The notes under the pieces were generated by a model. That model saw nothing but the letters and a program-made list of their open reading frames with translations, did not search any database and had not been told where the DNA came from. Source: Squalus acanthias (Eukaryota). Taken from it: a stretch of 64,000 nucleotides of DNA. A program made the translations under genes and the position numbers. The DNA is taken from positions 1,798,001-1,862,000 of the forward strand of contig JASTWF010000035.1 in the NCBI GenBank assembly GCA_030390025.1, read 5' to 3'. How positions within the stretch are numbered: position 1 is the stretch's first letter; the number at the start of each line of letters is the position of its first letter. Shown here one piece after another: positions 61,893 to 64,000 of the stretch.

Positions 61893-64000
61893 ACATAAGA
61901 ACATAAGAACATAAGAAATAGGAGCAGGAGTAGGCCAATTGGCCCCTCGAGCCTGCTCTGCCATTCAATAAGATCATGGCTGATCTGATCCTAACCGTCA
62001 ATCTACTATCACAGAACCATCTCCTGAACCTAACAGAATTGGACACACGAAATAGGAGCAGGATCAGGCTACACGGCCCCTGGGCCCGCTGCGCTACCCA
62101 CAGGGCCATGACCAATCCGAACCTAGACTCATGTCCAAATTCCTGCCCGCTCCCCGTAACCCTTAATTCCCTTTACTTCTAGGAAACTGTCTATTTCTGT
62201 TTTAAATTTATGTAATGATGTAGCTTCTACAGCTTTTTGGGGCAGCATATTCCATGGACCTACCACCCTCTGAGTGAAGTAGTTCCTTCTCGTCTCAGTT
62301 TTGAAAGAGCAGCCCCTTATTCTAAGACTATGCCCCCTAGTTCTAGTTTCACCCAACATCGGGAACATCCTCCCCGCATCCACCCAATCCAACCCCTTCA
62401 CAATCTTATATGTTTCAATAAGATCGCCTCTCATTCTTCTGAACTCCAATGAGTAGAGTCCCAATCTACCCAACCTCTCCTCATATGTCCATCCCCTCAT
62501 CCCCGGGATTAACCGAATGAACCTTCTTTGTACTGACTCGAGAGCAAGTATGTCTTTTCTTAAGTATGGACACCAAAACTGTATGCAGTATTCCAGGTGC
62601 GGTCTCACCAATACCTTGTACAACTGAAGCAATACCTCCCTATTTTTATATTCTATCCCCCTAGCAATGAAAGCCAACATTCCATTGGCCTTCTTAATCA
62701 CTTGCTGCACCTGCATACTAACCTTTTGAGTTTCGTGCACCAGGACCCCCAGATCCCTTTGTACTTCAGTACTTTCCAATTTCTTGCCATTAAGATAATA
62801 ACTTGCTCTACAATTTTTATGCCAAAGTGCATAACCTCACACTTTCCAGTATTGTATTCCATCTGCCAAATCTCTGCCCATTTACTTAGCCTGTCTATGT
62901 CCCCTTGCAGAGTTTTTATGTCCTCCTCACTCACTACTTTCCCTCCCATCTTTGTATCATCTGCAAACTTTGATATGTTACACTCGGTCCCCTCCTCCAA
63001 ATTGTTAATATAGATTGTAAAGAGTTGGGGACCCAGCACTGACCCCTGCGGAACACCACTAGTTGCTGATTGCCAGTCTGAGAATGAACCATTTATCCCA
63101 ACTCTCTGCCTTCTGTTAGATAGCCAATCCTCTATCCATGCCAGAATATTACCCCCAATCCTGTGATTTTTTATCTTAAGCAATAATCTTTTGTGTGGCA
63201 CCTTGTCAAATGCCTTTTGGAAGTCTAAATACACCACATCCACTGGTTCCCCTTTATCCACCCTGTGTGTTACTTCCTCAAAGAACGCCAGCAAATTTGT
63301 CAAACATGACTTTCCCTTCATAAAACCATGCTGACTTTGTCCTATTAAATTATGATTATCCAAATGTCCCGTTACTGTCTCCTTAATAATGGACTCCAAA
63401 ATTTTACCTACCACAGATGTTAGGCTAACCGGTCTATAGTTTCCAGCTTTCTGTCTACTGCCCTTTTTAAATAAGGGTGTTACATTAGCAGTTTTCCAGT
63501 CTGCCGGGATCTTTGCTGAGTCCAGGGAGTTTTGGAAAATTATTACCAATGCATCCACAATCCCTACCGCCACTTCCCTCAAGACCCTAGGATGTAAGCC
63601 ATCAGGTCCAGGTGATTTATCCGCCTTGAGTCCCATTATTTTACCGAGTACCACTTCCTTAGTGATTTTGATTGTGTTTAGCTCCTCCCCCGCTATAGCC
63701 CCCTGTTTGTCCAGTGTTGGGATATTCTTAGTGTCCTCTACTGTAAAGACTGATGCAAAATATTCATTCAGTGTATTTGCCATCTCCATATTTCCCACCA
63801 TTAATTTCCCGGCCTCATCCTCTAAGGGACCAACATTTACTTTAGCCACCCTTTTTCTTTTTATAACTATAAAAACTCTTACTATCTGTTTTTATATTTT
63901 TTGCTAATTTACTTTCATAATCTATCTTCCCTTTCTTAATCAATCTTTTTGTTATTTTTTGCTGTCTTTTAAAGTTTTCCCAATCCTCTATCCTCCCACT
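61893..64000 (-). mobile_element. CR1 LINE with a doubled 3' module, continuing beyond the right edge of the window
   Basis: RT motifs KSPGPDG, YRPVSLTS, GVPQGSVLGP and FADD; one frameshift near 62815; stop at 62129; (TTCTTATG)n tail at 61893. Confidence 0.95.

Noticed and set aside
60906..62115. SVSVCQCQC Cys-rich ORFs
   Set aside because: Translations of the ACTGAC/AGAC microsatellite.

Overview
Eukaryotic, most likely cartilaginous-fish (shark-like) genomic DNA; this is inferred from the CR1/HE1-type tails and the Penelope, L2 and RTE repeat families. Bases 1-~33,800 are one very homogeneous 39-bp tandem satellite (~860 units, split by a 200-N scaffold gap). The MDYTLDSLTPPES/LSQWITHWTVSLP ORFs are by-products of that repeat. 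The remaining ~30 kb is intronic sequence of a + strand ADAM metalloprotease gene, of which two exons are visible (35304-35381, end of the Cys-rich domain; 50175-50289, EGF-like domain). These introns are packed with nested retroelements: several CR1 copies, a second LINE family, L2 remnants, two RTE copies, Penelope-like elements with minimal hammerhead ribozyme motifs, a solo LTR, a SINE and Harbinger-like MITEs. The most notable observations are: (1) an RTE insertion bounded by a ~440-bp direct duplication of its target and carrying a ~1.9-kb 19-bp minisatellite at its 5' end; (2) a second copy of the same RTE family with a twin-priming-type inversion and a 10-bp TSD; (3) inverted or palindromic Penelope insertions with TSDs and hammerheads; (4) a CR1 lineage with a doubled 3' stem-loop module; (5) the satellite itself, in which nearly every unit carries an AP-1 (TGACTCA) and a K50-homeodomain (TAATCC) motif. 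All coordinates and identities were read by eye; no searches were run.
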